64,000 nucleotides of DNA from Lingula anatina (Eukaryota; Animalia; Brachiopoda). The DNA is taken from the NCBI GenBank assembly GCA_051362555.1, contig CM120641.1, positions 42,228,401 to 42,292,400 of the forward strand, given 5' to 3'. The position numbers and the translations under genes are program-made. Shown piece after piece: positions 1 through 14,676 of this stretch. Below the pieces are notes generated by a model that was given only the letters and a program-made list of their open reading frames with translations, was not told the DNA's origin and did not search any database. Positions within the stretch are counted from its first letter, which is position 1; each line of letters begins with the position of its first letter.

Positions 1-939
1 CGTGCTCTGACCCCTGTACCCCCCTCTGTGTTTGTATCCTTTCTCCTCAAAGGGAAGGATAATGCATAACGTTGAAGCCTCCTCCCCCCTTTTTTTCTCT
101 CATTTTCACATAGCACTTCTAGGGTTTGTAAAGAATATAATTATTTTTATGTATTAAAAATAATATTAATCTTATGTACTTAGTCCCCTCCCAGCTTGTG
201 CTTTTGTTTGTTTACAACTTCAGGTACCAGAAAAATAAAGCATGCAGTCAATGACAAAACAACAATTTCTTTTCCACTTTATATGTTTGCAATTGCCTAT
301 TACTAAAACAAAAATTTTCTAAATAATAAACAACAATAGAAATAACAATGAATGAAATGTTAGTTAACTGTTGTTAACTGTTGTTGCTGTACCACCCTTC
401 TCGCTGCTACTCCATGTCTCTGAATGTTCCTGACAGTCAAAATCAAATCATATGAGGGGAAAATGCCTAAAAAGGGTTGTTTTACATAAAATAATTCTGC
501 AACTTTCAAATAAAAAACAGTCTACATAGCAAAGAAACTTTCTAATCTTTAATTCTGGTGGTCTCAAGGAAAGATGTCAAGCAGATAACTGGCTGGCAAT
601 GCATAAATATATTCTCCATCAGTGTGGGATTTAAGATCTTTCACTGTGATGCTAATAGTCCATGACATATGAAGTGAACACGATGAAATGACAGCAGTCA
701 CTTAAACATAATAAAATAGATTAAGCATCCCATCCTTTTCAGCAAATGCATGACCCACTTTGTGAGACATTCTTTTTTATGTACAGACACAGATGTGTCT
801 GTACATATTGCCATCACCTGCGTCTGTCGTCGCCGTCGTCGCCGATGCCGATGCCGATGGCAATGCCGTCGCCGTGCACTTTCACTGTAAACACGATAAG
901 TGGAACACAGTTTTATTTTTTGCTTTTATATTTACAGAG

Positions 940-1340
940 CTGATGAATATTCATAAAACGCAGGTCAAGTTCGAAAATCAGCATGATCGGGCCATTATTG
1001 TAGAAGTTATGCTGTTTTATCACTTTTCAGCATATATGCAACCCTGTAAACACATTTTAAGGAAAACTGTTAGGCCTGTTGTCATGAAACTCACAAGAGT
1101 AATCAATCTTACTAAAACGCAGATCAAGTTCGAAAATTGGCATGATCGGGCCACTATTTTACTAGTTATGCTGTTTTTTCCTTTTTTTCAGCATATGTGC
1201 AACACTGTAAACACAATATAAGAAAAACCGATAGGCCAATTGCCATTAAACTCACAGGAGTGGTCAATCTTACTAAAATGCAGGTCGAGTTCGAAAATCA
1301 GCATAATCGGGCCATTATTTTAGAAGTTATGCTGTTTTTT
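940..1340. repeat. ~160-bp core tandem repeat, about 2.5-3 copies (second set at ~2530-2920)
   Basis: The anchor GCAT(G/A)ATCG recurs at 981, 1140 and 1301, and again at ~2562, 2721 and 2880. Confidence 0.9.
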
Positions 1341-2145
1341 CACATTTCCTCAGATTCAATTCTTAGGCATGTTAACAGTCTTATTATTTTACTAATAAGA
1401 TACATAAAAGTGTTTGTTTGACATTTCCTGCATCTTTACAACATTGTTAGTTGATTATGTAAAAATGATGGTAAACTTGTTATCGTGTATTGTGTAATAA
1501 AGTGTCTAAAATGGAAATAAACTCATATCATTGCAGTTTGTCAGATTCAATCATTCACTATGTTCAGAATCTCAGAATGGAGGAAATTGGACATTTAACA
1601 CTATTCTATTGATATTTTTCCCATCTCATCAATTATCTTAGTTGATCATATAAAAATTGCAGTAAACTGTTCATTTTGTTTTATGTTAAAAAAGTGTTAA
1701 AAATGGAAATAAACCCATGTCAGAACAGTGCTGTCTTGTTTCACATTTCCTCAGATTCAATTCTTAGGCATGTTAACAGTCTCATTGTTTAACTAATAAG
1801 ACATGTAAAAGTGTTTGGTTGACATTTTCTGCATCTTTACAACATTATTAGTTGATTATGTAAAACTGATGGTAAACTTGTTATCGTGTATTGTGTAATA
1901 AAGTGTCAAAAATGGAAACAAACTCATATCACTGCAGTTTGTCAGATTCAATCATTCACTATGTTCAGAATCTCAGAATGGAGGAAATTGGACATTTAAC
2001 ACTGTTGTATTGATATTTTTCCCATCTCATCAATTTTCTTAGTTGATCGTATAAAAATGGCAGTAACCTGTTAATTTTGTTTTATGTTTAAAAAATTGTT
2101 AAAAATGAAAAAAAAAAAACATTTCAGAACAGTGCTGTCTTGTTT
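1341..2145. repeat. ~401-bp tandem repeat, 2 copies (third copy at ~2920-3315)
   Basis: CACATTTCCTCAGATTCAATTCTTAGGCATG starts at 1341, 1742 and 2920. Each copy ends in CAGAACAGTGCTGTCTTGTT. Confidence 0.9.
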
Positions 2146-5100
2146 ACATTTTGGCATTTTCAAGTTGTGACTTTGAGGTTCCATGGGCCTGAAGACCTTT
2201 GCTAGTCACATTTTCTGAATATCCATGATGCTAATATTTTATTATTAAAAATTGATGGTCATTATGCTGTTAAACATTATGTAATATTGCATCAAAATTT
2301 GAAAAAAATCTATTTTGGACACTGCTCCCATGATGAGCATTTAAGAAAAACCATGTCACTTACTGTTCTCAAACAGTACAGTAAATATGTACAGATGTGT
2401 CTGTACATATTGCCATCACCTGCATCTATCGTCGCCGTCACTGTCACTGGTGCCGTGCACTTTCATTGTAAACACGATAAGTGGAAGTCAATTTTACTTT
2501 TTGGCTGTATATTTACAGAGCTGATGAACATTCATAAAATGCAGGTCAAATTCATAAATCAGCATGATCGAGCCATTATTGTAGAAGTTATGCTGTTTTT
2601 TCACTTTTCAGCATATATGCAACACTGTAAACACATTTCAAGGAAAACCGATAGGCCTGTTGTCATGAAACTCACAGGAGTAATCGATCTTACTAAAACG
2701 CAGATCAAGTTTGAAAATCGGCATGATCGGGCCACTATTTTAGTAGTTATGCTGTTTTTTCATTTTTCAGCATATATGCAACACTGTAAACACAATATAA
2801 GAAAAACAGATGGGCCAATTGTCATGAAAGTCACAGGAGGGGTCAATTTTACTAAAATGCAGGTTAAGTTCATAAATCAGCATAATCGTGCCATTATTTT
2901 AGAAGGTGTGCTGTTTTTTCACATTTCCTCAGATTCAATTCTTAGGCATGTTAACAGTCTCATTATTAAACTAATAAGATACGTAAAAGTGTTTGTTTGA
3001 CATTTCCTGCATCTTTACAACATTGTTAGTTGATTATGTAAAAATGATGGTAAACTTTTTATCGTGTATTGTGTAATAAAGTGTCAAAAATGGAAATAAA
3101 CTCATATCATTGCAGTTTGTCAGATTCAATCCACTATGTTCAGAATCTCAGAATGGAGGAAATTGGACATTTAACACTGTTCTATTGATATTTTTCCAAT
3201 ATCATTAATTTTCTTAGTTGATCATATAAAAATGGCAGTAAACTGTTCATTTTGTTTTATGTTAAAAAAGTGTTAAAAATGGAAATAAACCCATTTCAGA
3301 ACAGTGCTGTCTTGTTAAAATTTGATGTTGAATTTGCAGTTTAACATTATGTACTTTTGCATCAGAATTGGCAGTAGCCTATTTTGTGCATAGTTATTTC
3401 CTGCTTTTTGTCTGTACATTTGACAGCTTTGCTGCCTTGTTAAATCATAAATATGTAATCTCAAGTGATGACGGTGATCTGAATTATTAGTGCCAAAGGG
3501 AGCGCATATTAGACACAAAAGAATGGCGCCACTTGCATTCAAACATCAAACAAAACATCAACAATTTACAGAAGAAATATGCTCAAAATTAAGAACAAAA
3601 AAAAAGCAAAACCATCATTTTAATCTCAAGTACAAAAGTATTTTCACAATGATTTTCATGTAAAATAAAAGGCAGACTACACTGAACAGGTACGATATCT
3701 TAAACTCCATCACTAAATTTGTTTACATTTCAATCCATCGGTGACAGCAGTGAACCTACTGCTCTTCGACAAAAAAACACAGCAACTTACCGAAGGATCT
3801 TTTTAATAGTAATCACTACCAGTATAAAATCCTGTCATGCATCTGCTGCTGACTTCGGTATTCAGAGAAGATTCAATATATAATCAATACAACTTGTCAA
3901 CTGGTCTCTTTAACGATGCTTCTCTCTTACTCTCTCTCTCGCTCTAAAACCTAGTTGTCACAATTATCATGCATTCTTAGTAGCCTCCTTCCCAGCTTGC
4001 CTAGCAGAGTTGACAAACCAGTTTTGGCCTGGCTTTGTACATATAAACATAGTGTGCAACACACCCCACTGCACGAACTAGGCAGTAATGTAATCAACTA
4101 CCATTGCTAAACAAGTTTTCATGCCCCTTTTAATGGCGTAAGCATGTGCATATCAAGAAACTTGAGGAGCTGCCCAAAACGTAACTGCACAACTAAAAGA
4201 TCGTGGCTGTTATTGTTGGAAGATCATGCATTGCACGGGATGCACACCTGGATTGATATACGAGATGTTCCTGCCAACAATGTGCTTAAAATCTGAATGG
4301 TATAATCACCTTCATGGGTTTTGGAATTGCGTGCACATCTGACAATTGCTTGATTGTGTTGTTTTTTCTTTCTTTCAAACTTGTTATCTTTCTTTCTTCC
4401 TTTGTCTTTTCTCCTTCTATAAACTTTACTTTTTCTGGCTTTTTTTCTCTGTTAACAGTAAAAATATCTTTAAATTTCAAAACCTCTTTAGATTTAAAAC
4501 TTCACCAGACAGATCAATTAAAACAGATGTTTGTGTTTCTACAGCTTTTTACTGTAAGTAGTGAAAAAAAGTGTCCCCCACATTACTGATCATCATCAAT
4601 CACGTTTTCAAAAAGACGTTTTATAACAAGGTGGAATCTATATCTATTGGTAAAAAGTCCTTCAAGAAAACTCTTGAAATCAACCTGTTCGCACAAGTTA
4701 CACAGCTTTTTCAAGATATCATAAAACATTTTGTTCTAGATACAAAGTGGATCCAACCATATCATGTTGCACATGAAGTAGCTGCAAAGGACACACAGTT
4801 CCATGGTGACATAAAAAAAAACATAATGTATCATCTAAACACTTTAAAAACTATTTTATTTAATTTCAAAGTCCAGTGAGAAAAAAGCTGATGCTTTCAA
4901 TCATTATCATTTACCTTTAAAAAAAAAAAAAAAGCACCTGGTGCCATCTGGTGACAAAATCTTCCATTTCTCATATTGTGTTGGTTGTGCCTTCTTTGGC
5001 ACAGCATCCTATTATCATTCTGATGCATTTGCATTCAGTGCTTCAACACATGATACAGTAAATATAATACAACATAGTTAATTCATCACACCTTATTTTT

Positions 5101-7794
5101 TTCATAAGAATTTTGCTTCCTTAATATAAAAATATTAATATTTTAAAACCATCTGGGTATCAGGAAAGGAGAAACTATCCATGAATCCTCACAGCTGAAA
5201 TAAAAGGGCAGTCACTAACCCATCACAGGACAACTACCAAGTCTTTTTGACTTATTTATCAAAGCACTATCATCGTGTTTTTTATCATGTTCACATGAAT
5301 AAAAAAAATAAAACAAGTTCCAATGGATTTCATTTAATTCCACTGCACATCAAATTACCAGAGCCCATAAAGCATAATAAAATTACATTGCCATTACTTA
5401 AATAGTACATCTACAAGACAACTGACTAAAATGTCAAGTTCTACTTAAAGGTAATTTTGATAGCATTAAATGTAAATAACAGTGACTAGACTTCTTTACA
5501 GCTTGTGATTCTAAATAAAGAAATCCATTAAGATCTGGTGATCCAAAGAGAAACTTTCAACTCCAGCAATGACCTGCCAAGCAAACAACAAAGAGCATTA
5601 GTTTAAAAGTCTTTATTGTTTAAGAAAAAAATCTGTTTCAATAAAAAACCAACCTACAACCAGAGAGCAGAACAATGAGTTGGGTATTGTCATTTCCTAG
5701 CATTCATTGTAACTAAAACAAATCAAAGAGAATATCAATTTAAAATACTAATTTTTTCCGCACAAATTATCACTATTCTGATGACAAATATATGTCAGAG
5801 TGATTCCAGTGGTAGATAGAGACTCATTGGTGATGAGGAACATTCCGTATTTATCAGACCTAAAAAGCGAATATCTGATGGGCGTAGAATTAACATACAC
5901 AAGTTCCACTGTGTCTAATCTTCTCTTTCTAGCTCCTTTCATGTTGGCCAAAAAAGTTACAAATTCCAGGAACGGGTAGGCATTCACCTATGTTAGTTAC
6001 AAGGTCAGTAAAAATCGACCTTTTTCTGGAACCTATTACAAGGGTCTCTCAAAATATTCCCCTTGGAGGGCAGACTTAAAGAAGGTTGATGAGTTTATCC
6101 CTGGGAGGAAGATATGAACATCAAAGAGGAGGGCTGTCTGACATTAAGTGTGGGTAGAATGCATATATAGGCATTAGTTGTGCTGCAGAAACCAGTAAAA
6201 AAATGGGGGGGGGGGGTAAATAATGTTGTATACTTATAATATCAACCTATGCTTATCCATTACCACCTGGAATTAACCTCCTTTTTGTTATGAAAATAAT
6301 TTTAAAACAACAAAAATTATCATCACAATAGCAGTAAATCCCAAGAGGTATTTACTGACACCAATGGTTATTTCCCCTCCTATATCCGACACCCTTTATT
6401 ACTGAAAAAATAACAAAGTAAAGCATACAATTTAACAACTAAGCTCTGATAGATTCCACAGCTAATCACAGGCGTACCTCAGGAGACCTAGCCTCTGCCA
6501 TTTGGGGCACCTTCCACAAGGTAATATTATAACACACTGAAATTCCACTGATGTCAGAAAAGGATCTTTAACCCTTTTACTGTATATTTTTTCTCCATGG
6601 CAGTCCCCGTCAACAATTCCTATAATAATAGCAGTCTGAGAACTTTGCCAGAACCCCCAGCTGAAATGTAAGCAGCTTCCATGGTTGAAACAGGCATACT
6701 TTGTTGTATTTTTAACAGTAGACTTGAGGAAAAAACATATAATATTTATGCAAATAACAAACTAATTTTCAAAATTAACCAGGATCCCTTGCACAACAAA
6801 GTATCATGAAAATTTCATTTAGTAGCAATGTATCTTAGCTGAAAAAGTATGGTCTGCATTTCAAATAGAAGGGGAATAAGAAAAGGTATTTCTTTAATAG
6901 TGAAATAAAAAAATGTGGAAGCTAAGTAGCTTTTCCAGCTGTGATGATTTCGTTTTCTGAAATGAAACAGTTGTGTTGGGTGGCTACACAAGCAAAAATA
7001 TACCCATTATAAAAAAGCATGCTGTTATGCAGCACTAAAAAAATTACATCACTAGACATTCATCATCTAAATTGCTCAACTGCATTCACTACATTATCAA
7101 AACATGTCCAAAAGTCACTTTTGTAACTTTCTGCTTATCAAAACATTAAATACATAGGTAATGAGGAGAAGACCAAGAAAAATGAAAATACTGAGCCAAT
7201 TAAACAGCATGTTTAGAAGGATCGCTAGTGATGTACTAAAAAAAATGAAATGTCAGTTGCTGCACTTAGAATGTTAATAAACAAGCAGCTTTCAGACTCA
7301 ATCTCAACTAAATAAATAGGGGATATAGAGGTCTCTATTCTGGGAATTTTCCCTAACAGTTGGCAGAATATTGCACTCACTTTGTCTGTTTATAAACATA
7401 CCCCTTTCAGTTCCAATCTTAGCTAACTGTGCCAGATATTGCAATATAGCAGAACTTGAATTTCTTTCCTGATGTCAAAAAATATCTATTGTTCAATAAT
7501 AAACTTTCTTCAGATTCAACCTTTTCCATAATTCTTAACTATCCCAATAAACTTCTCCAGAGATGGCTATATACTACAGTAGCTCAACTGCCAGGACAGT
7601 TTATTTATTTCTTTATTTTCTTTTTTGTAAAACAAATACAACTTATTCTTTCCACAACTTGGCCATATATACCTAGGCCAGCTTCACTTTTCAATCTTTT
7701 TTGTTATTTGGGATTTTCCACCATTACACTAGACAGAGATTTACAGAGAAAACTTGTCACTTCTACTGAAATATGTATATATGTGTGTACTCAC

Positions 7795-7812
7795 CATTCC
7801 TTTAGAATACAT
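7795..7812 (-). CDS. Candidate alternative first coding exon (MYSKGM, phase 0) of the large minus-strand gene
   Basis: It reads ATG...ATG|GTGAGT with a strong donor in the same phase as the 37242 exon. It is very short and could be chance. Confidence 0.3.
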
Positions 7813-10800
7813 GTGACAGCAAATACGTTTTTTTATAGTTGATTTTTCTTTCCAGAGAAAAGACCTAATAAAGTTCCAAGTGGAATGTTACTGTGGTGAC
7901 TAACTCATCCATTCAAATCTGTACTTCTATGATGAACTGTCAATATTCATGTTCATTCACTTTAGACAGTGTACTTTAATCTACTGCAACTTAATACATC
8001 CACCATCCGTGTCAATAGTTAACAGTCACACACAGGACAATGCTGAATATCTGTAATGAGTATCCAATACTTTTTCTGACAATTCTGGTTCTCTGTCATC
8101 TTTTCTGATCAGCATCTATACTCCAGTTGTCACAATCGAGATCTTAAATATATATAAAAGCAGAAATACAACTCTTTTTTTTTTCACAAAGAGCAAGGAC
8201 GTTTCAACTACTGTATTTTCCAGTAGCCGTTTTGATTAAGCCAAATTTAACAAGTAAATACATCTGTCCAATATTGCTCTTTGTCTTTTCAGCCTCTCTT
8301 CCACCTGCAGCTGGTACACCATGTCCTATAGATAATATCAATCTTCTAGTGAGTTTGTTGTACAACATTTATCACAATACCTGAGAAGTCACAAAGCCGA
8401 TTGCTTTGTTATCCAAACAAAGACCAGTCAAAGTTATTTATTTTCAATATCACATGGTGTTATGCTACCAGTAATAACCTTGGTGGGGATATGCCTGTCT
8501 ATTGCTGAGCAAGAAAATCTTCATTGGACTCCACATAAGTTGTCTTCATAACTTGAAAATCCCTTCAACCACTGAATGACATCTTTACAAACAATCGTCC
8601 CTTCACTGCTGGCCAGCAGTTTTTTACATGACTGATTTATTGTATAAAAGACTATATAATATAGAAGCTGTGACACCACAGTTCAGAGAGAAAAAAAATC
8701 ACACCGAAGTATAATGCACCTTTGTCACTTCACTGTCTCAAAACAAGTCTAGGTAGCAACTCAAAATAATATATGAAGGCTCTGATGCTGGTAGCTTGAC
8801 CATCTCAACAGACACCTCAAATGACTATAAGACTATTTACTGGATGGTAATAACACATATCCAGTTAAAGGTTCCTGTGAGACCTTTTTTTTTGCCCTAA
8901 ATGATGCCGCGGAAATCTGGATACCTCATGAGAAAACAGAAATAATTACCTAGTTAATAGTTATCACTCATCTATTGCTTCTTCTTGCATTCCATTCAAG
9001 AGCCTTGACAATACTTCGACTCTCCCTTGAAATTTATAAATCTATGTTTCTTCCTACGTTTAAGCAGGAACACAAAATATAAGTCCTTCAACCTCGGTAA
9101 CCATTTAAGTGCAACTGTTAAGTTAACAATGACAAATGTCCATTTCACAACAATGACTGACCTGAGGCCATAATGTAGGTAGGGGAATCTTGGCAATCAT
9201 CATCATCATGGAATAATCATAATATAATGACATAATTTCGACCCAGAATAAAAGTAAAGCATCAACCATACTCCAGGCAAGTATGTAGGGTATCACAAAC
9301 AGTGCTGGATAAAGAAACCCACTGCTAATTTACTAGCTTCTAAATGTCTTAGGTTAAGCCACCCCAGGTAAATGGTTTTTTTTTTATCCAATTCTCAACA
9401 GTAATCATGTCATTATAAGATAGAAATCCTGCCATTCTTATGGGAATTCAGCTCTGTTCTGGGGCAATTACCTGTACAATCAAGGAAAATCAATTGTCAA
9501 AGGTCATTTGATGTCCTAAGAGCATGTGTTTCTTATGTTAGCTATTCAAAGCATGTGAAGAAGTTTGGGAAAGTATTATAAGTGTAAGTCTTCTCTTTTT
9601 CTTTTTGTCCAACTTATCCTTCCCACATACTGGATATCCACCTCCCCCCCTCTCTCTCTCTCACTCACTCTCAAATCCACTCTCCTTTTCTCCTTCTCTT
9701 CTCCATGCTACACCCCTACAAAAGGACCATATCTGCTTACTATCTGCATAGACATATTGGCATTTTGCTGATACTTCTAATCCCATGTACAAATACCAAA
9801 CACCAATGCAGATACACACTATTTACATTAGCTGCACTATCAGTAATCAAATGTACATGATCCAAATCACATGTTTTCCTGCCTCATTTGTATCTTATTT
9901 GATAAGACTTTTTTTTACAGTGTATGGTTTGTATCAAGATTTTCTAGACAACTCTAGGCTGCACCATGGAGGGACAAGTTGCTGAATATAACCATATTCT
10001 GGAGGTGTTTTTGTTATATATTTATCTTTTGCCACAGTTACCAAAATATAAAACTTATACAATACTTCTATTTCATTGAATCCATAGATTCTGTACATTC
10101 AAGTCTACTACTTAAACTGTATAAAGTATGAAATTTTAAAAATGTGTTACGGCCATCTTCCTTACAAGTTCTTCAAACACATTCTTCGTCCACACTGTCT
10201 CACCTAACACATCTCAACATGTAACACAATGCCACAACTAAGGCATCCCTAAATAACTGCCTATCACTTGAAATGGAAACTATTAACTTCACTCAATTCC
10301 CATATTTCTTGGTCTTTACTGCAGCAATCGATAATATTAGGAATACTGCCCACATCTATCTGCTGATGACCAAACATTTATCAAGTAATAAAACATACTG
10401 ATTGTTTAAAGTGATAAATGCCTAACTTGAGTTATGTAGATATAACAATTACATGCTAAGCTATCAATATTAGTTAACGTCAACATTTTGATACAACAGC
10501 ACAGGCAGGTGATAGAAAAACAAAGCAAACAGAGAGAGAGAGAGAAGAAAAGGAAGAAGATCGAGCGACTTTACTGTGAGTGAGAAAGAGAGAGGAATTT
10601 ACTGAAAAATATGACTTGATATCCTTAAGGCTATCTACTCCAATTCCTAGAATAACAGAGGCCAGAAAGAAGGCCTGAGGCTTACAAGCACTTCCTTATA
10701 TCTCTACTACCCAGCCCATCTATCAGTGGTCAAGTAAAACCTGATTAATGTAGACATTTGTGGTGGGCAGCCACATCCTCCTCACACCAGGGATTACCCA

Positions 10801-13800
10801 GAGTTACACTGCCAAGGATAGGCTCAATTACTGCAGACATGCTCAATTAAAACTCAACGAGCCAATTAGTCTAGGATGAAACTAAATTAACACAGTAGGA
10901 AAGACATATAAACCGCAGGCTGCACAGGGAGTATAAGGACCAACAAGGGAGAAAACATTTATGTTATAGGTCCTGTTCTAATCACAGGGACTGTTCACAA
11001 AGAATTTAGACGGCTTAGCTAGTGTTCACTTACTCCATGGGGACTCTTGCTGAATGCAATTAGATTAACAGACTGACATACCTCCTCCTGAAATTGAGTA
11101 AAATATGGAAAAGCTGATGATTATAAAAGTACGTTGGAAACAAGGGGAAGTGTCTACTAAGAAAAATAAATCTTTTTTTGTTTTTTCTTAATTAACTGAT
11201 GTCTTTGCAGAAAAGGAAAGACAACAGGCAAAATTTTTAATTTTGGTGTTACACTGCAGCAGTACTGAATTTTTTATGGTGAATAACACCCTTTAAAAAA
11301 ATAAAACATTAAAATATGTACGCATATGCATGTCAGGAATAGCTAGAGAGAGTCGTCAACCACACATAACAAAGCCATTAAGCTGTCAAAACTGCCAGAT
11401 GTCTGCATAATCACACTCACAAAAAAAGAGAAAAAAATAACCAGCCACGCATATCCACACTTCATCATCCTGTAACTTCTCATAACTTCCTCAGTCAGTT
11501 TGATGGATTAATTTTCTGAACAGCTACCCAGAATTCCCCTAGGTAGTTAATTGGCAATTTGATCGCAGCAGACGGCCAACAACTGTTAGCTCAGAGGGGA
11601 GTCTAGGCTGCATTTCTACCAACACTAAAAAACAGGTTTAGAAATGTTTGAAAGATGCCATGATAATCTAACAATTGGACAGTTGTCACCATAACAATTA
11701 GGTCTGTGAGACTCCATGGTCTCAGGTGTTGTACTGCTTGGCTGGCAATACTGGGTAATAGTAAATACTATGATATCAAAATATAACCTCCAAAAAAATA
11801 GTTACATATTCCCTGTGTGAATGCATCATAGATGTCAGATATGATCAGCAGGTTTCCATTTTCTTTAATTTAAGGATCTGGATGCAGAAGAAAAACAAGG
11901 GAATGATTTAACCAGCTACACCCTGTTAGCAAAAAGGTCAAGATATAAGTCTTCACATTTACAAGGTCTTCCAAGACTGCCTCCATGTTGTTCTTTAGCA
12001 CAGTTATGAGTTGCAAGGCTATTAATGCTGGTTTCCACTCAGGGATTTTTTTTCACACTTGGTTATCCCTTCTTAATTTCCTCAGTGGTTTAAATACCAT
12101 TTAGCTTTGGCTTTTAGACCCATCTGGTGAAAACTCTCAGACATAAAAACCAAATTCCTTTCAAATTCCAAAGGGCAAGTACTGAAATATAATATTGTAC
12201 TTATGAATCGTTTGCTGCAACAATTCTGTTTAGTAATGTTTTAACATGCAATACACCTTAAATGGCTATCAGGTAAACAGCTGTAATGGTAATTGCACAG
12301 AAATAGTTTATTCTAGACTAATATCAAAACATGAAGATGCTTTTAGATCTACCTGTGTAGTGATTAACATAACCTGAATTCGCACAGAGAGGGAATTAGA
12401 ACTGTTTCATCTTATATGTATACAGTAGTACACTTTGAGAGATTGACAATTTAATAGCCTGGTTATTATGTAAGAGTGTCACCATAACTAAGGCTCCGAG
12501 CACAACATGACCAATTAATTAACCTTACTAAACAGCAAAAAGCAAACTCGTGAAGGGGAGTAAAACACCCTGTAGCACAATAATACATGAGCATCTCTCT
12601 CAGCACTACAGGTATAAACTGTATGACCCAGTATAATATCACCCAATGTGAAAAGGGCTTATACTTATAAACCACACTGTCACTGTGGTTAACCACACTG
12701 TGTCAGGATTATGTAATTAAACCACATCTGCCATTAATGTGGACTGATTGAGTTACCTGCCCTACGGTGCACATAAACAGTTAACATATGCTTACTTGCT
12801 AATATCCAAACAGTTCAGATTATCAACTTTTTACATATATATACATTTTTTTATTTTAATATATTCTGGACAATTTTGACTTTTAATCTTTCCTTCGCAA
12901 ATTGGGATTTTTTTCTTTGGTCAGCTTTTTTTCTTTAAATTAAATTTTTACTAATTTTAACTATGTAAAGGCAATTTATTAGTTAAAGGTAGCACATTCC
13001 TCTTTCTCCTTCCCCCATCCCTCCATAAATTTTTAAGTAAATGCACTTCAGAAATGTACTTTTAACTTCTCAAATACCTTACAAAGGGCTGCTGCAAATA
13101 AGTCAGAACAGCAGTGGCAAAATTCAGCTGGGTTGATTTCAAAGATATTTTTTGGCAAATGACAAAAGTGACCTCTTGCATAATGGCATTCTTAATACTA
13201 AATAAACTTTAGAAAACTTACTACCTCTTGCGTAATGGTGCCTTCGTGCAAAACAAATCTACTGTTATTGCACTACGATAATGTAATGTCCAGGCTTTGT
13301 CCTTACAACCAAGTGTGTATTGTTAAAATCATATCAAATATATGAACAAAGTAACAAGATCAAATGTGGATGAATCCGCAGTAGGCTATCAAATCGGTCT
13401 TAATGCCGGTGGATTAATGTGAGACTGAATTCACTGCCAGCTATCTTGTTGTTAACATTTAATTTCCCCCATTTCCTTCCTGAATCAAGGACAGCCATTA
13501 AAGTGGAGACAGACTGGGCATTGTGCTGATGCACCAGAGTGAGGCATTTGTGAAATTACGGAGACAACTTGTCTTCCATTCTATGCTCTCCCAAGCGGAC
13601 ATGACTGAAACTTAATTGATCTGATGATCATAGAGCACACAGTTTCTTTTGTATCTGAATACGATGGACAGAGGCGATTAACTGTAATTTTAGAATAAGG
13701 CTGTAATGTACCATGATGTCAAGTGACATGACATGATATCATGCCCTGTCACAATGTATTACATCAAGAAATACAATTATATCGCTATAAAAAAACTTAA

Positions 13801-13910
13801 TTATGTTATAATGAAAATAAAAATAAATTATGAGGACCACAATGATAACTATTACATGGTATTTTTAACCTTTTTACTAATCTGCAGCATAGGTCTGAAC
13901 CAAATGGTAC

Positions 13911-13938
13911 AATAATAATAATAATAATAATAATAATA
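13911..13938. repeat. (AAT)n microsatellite
   Basis: Read directly from the sequence. Confidence 0.95.
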
Positions 13939-14603
13939 GTAGTAAAAGTAGTAGTTTATTGGGCTACAATCAGTACATCTATCAGCTCTACATACTACAT
14001 GATTACTGAATAATGACTCAAAAGTAATATTAATAAAATAAAAACATACAATTTCATCATTAAGAGACAATGATATGGAAGGAGTAAAATTTACATCATG
14101 ACAGTATATATACCTTAATGACCACCAGGGCAGAGAGAGTGCTATTTAACAGTCTTCTCCTTTTTCAATCCAAGTCCAGACCCTGGACAATATAATGAGT
14201 GACCATTATAAAAAGAGGGTAAAATTTAAAGTCAACTTCCCTTTAGTCCTGCCCTGAATGCTGGGTTTATAAATCAAAATAAACAGACATGGCTTGTAAT
14301 TTTCTACTGGTATGCAAGTTGTGTTTTGGCAAATAACTGTGGACAATTGGGGCATAAATAGCACCTTCATTCATTTTGATTTGGTTGGATTCCTTTTGAA
14401 TTCCTCCAGTGGTCAGGCAGACCAGCAGGAAGCAGGTACCCTGAGTATCTCAGCAAGTTTTTCTGTAAGATACATGTACTTGTTGTGTCCTTTGTAGATT
14501 CTAAGACTTAATTGTCTGCCTTTCCCTTTACTCCATTTTTATTCAAACATGTCCTTTTTCAAGCTTAAATACTAAATGGAAAGTCCATTGCCACTCATTG
14601 CTC

Positions 14604-14676
<73 letters not shown>
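14604..14676. repeat. Compound (TG)n(AG)n microsatellite
   Basis: Read directly from the sequence. Confidence 0.95.

Larger units (their letters stand above)
773..3441 (+). mobile_element. Non-autonomous Helentron-associated element (HINE / pearl / Tsp-like) with internal tandem repeats
   Basis: The 5' end is a T-run, then a perfect hairpin ATGTACAGACAC-agat-GTGTCTGTACAT (779-806), a GTC/GCCGAT microsatellite and ~160-bp core repeats. The 3' end has an inverted copy TGTCTGTACAT (3409-3419), a short stem-loop GACAGC-ttt-GCTGCC (3422-3436) and TTGTT. The head module is duplicated internally from ~2387. Confidence 0.75.

Noticed and set aside
746-3000. ORFs up to 237 aa with internal repeats
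   Set aside because: They are translations of HINE core repeats, and the frame breaks between copies.
3791-3850. Strong donor CG|GTAAGT with an exon-like upstream sequence
   Set aside because: The phase-0 frame has a stop. It is at best an untranslated exon.
5748-5987. 79-aa minus-strand ORF
   Set aside because: It has no recognisable domain, no good splice sites and a non-ATG start.
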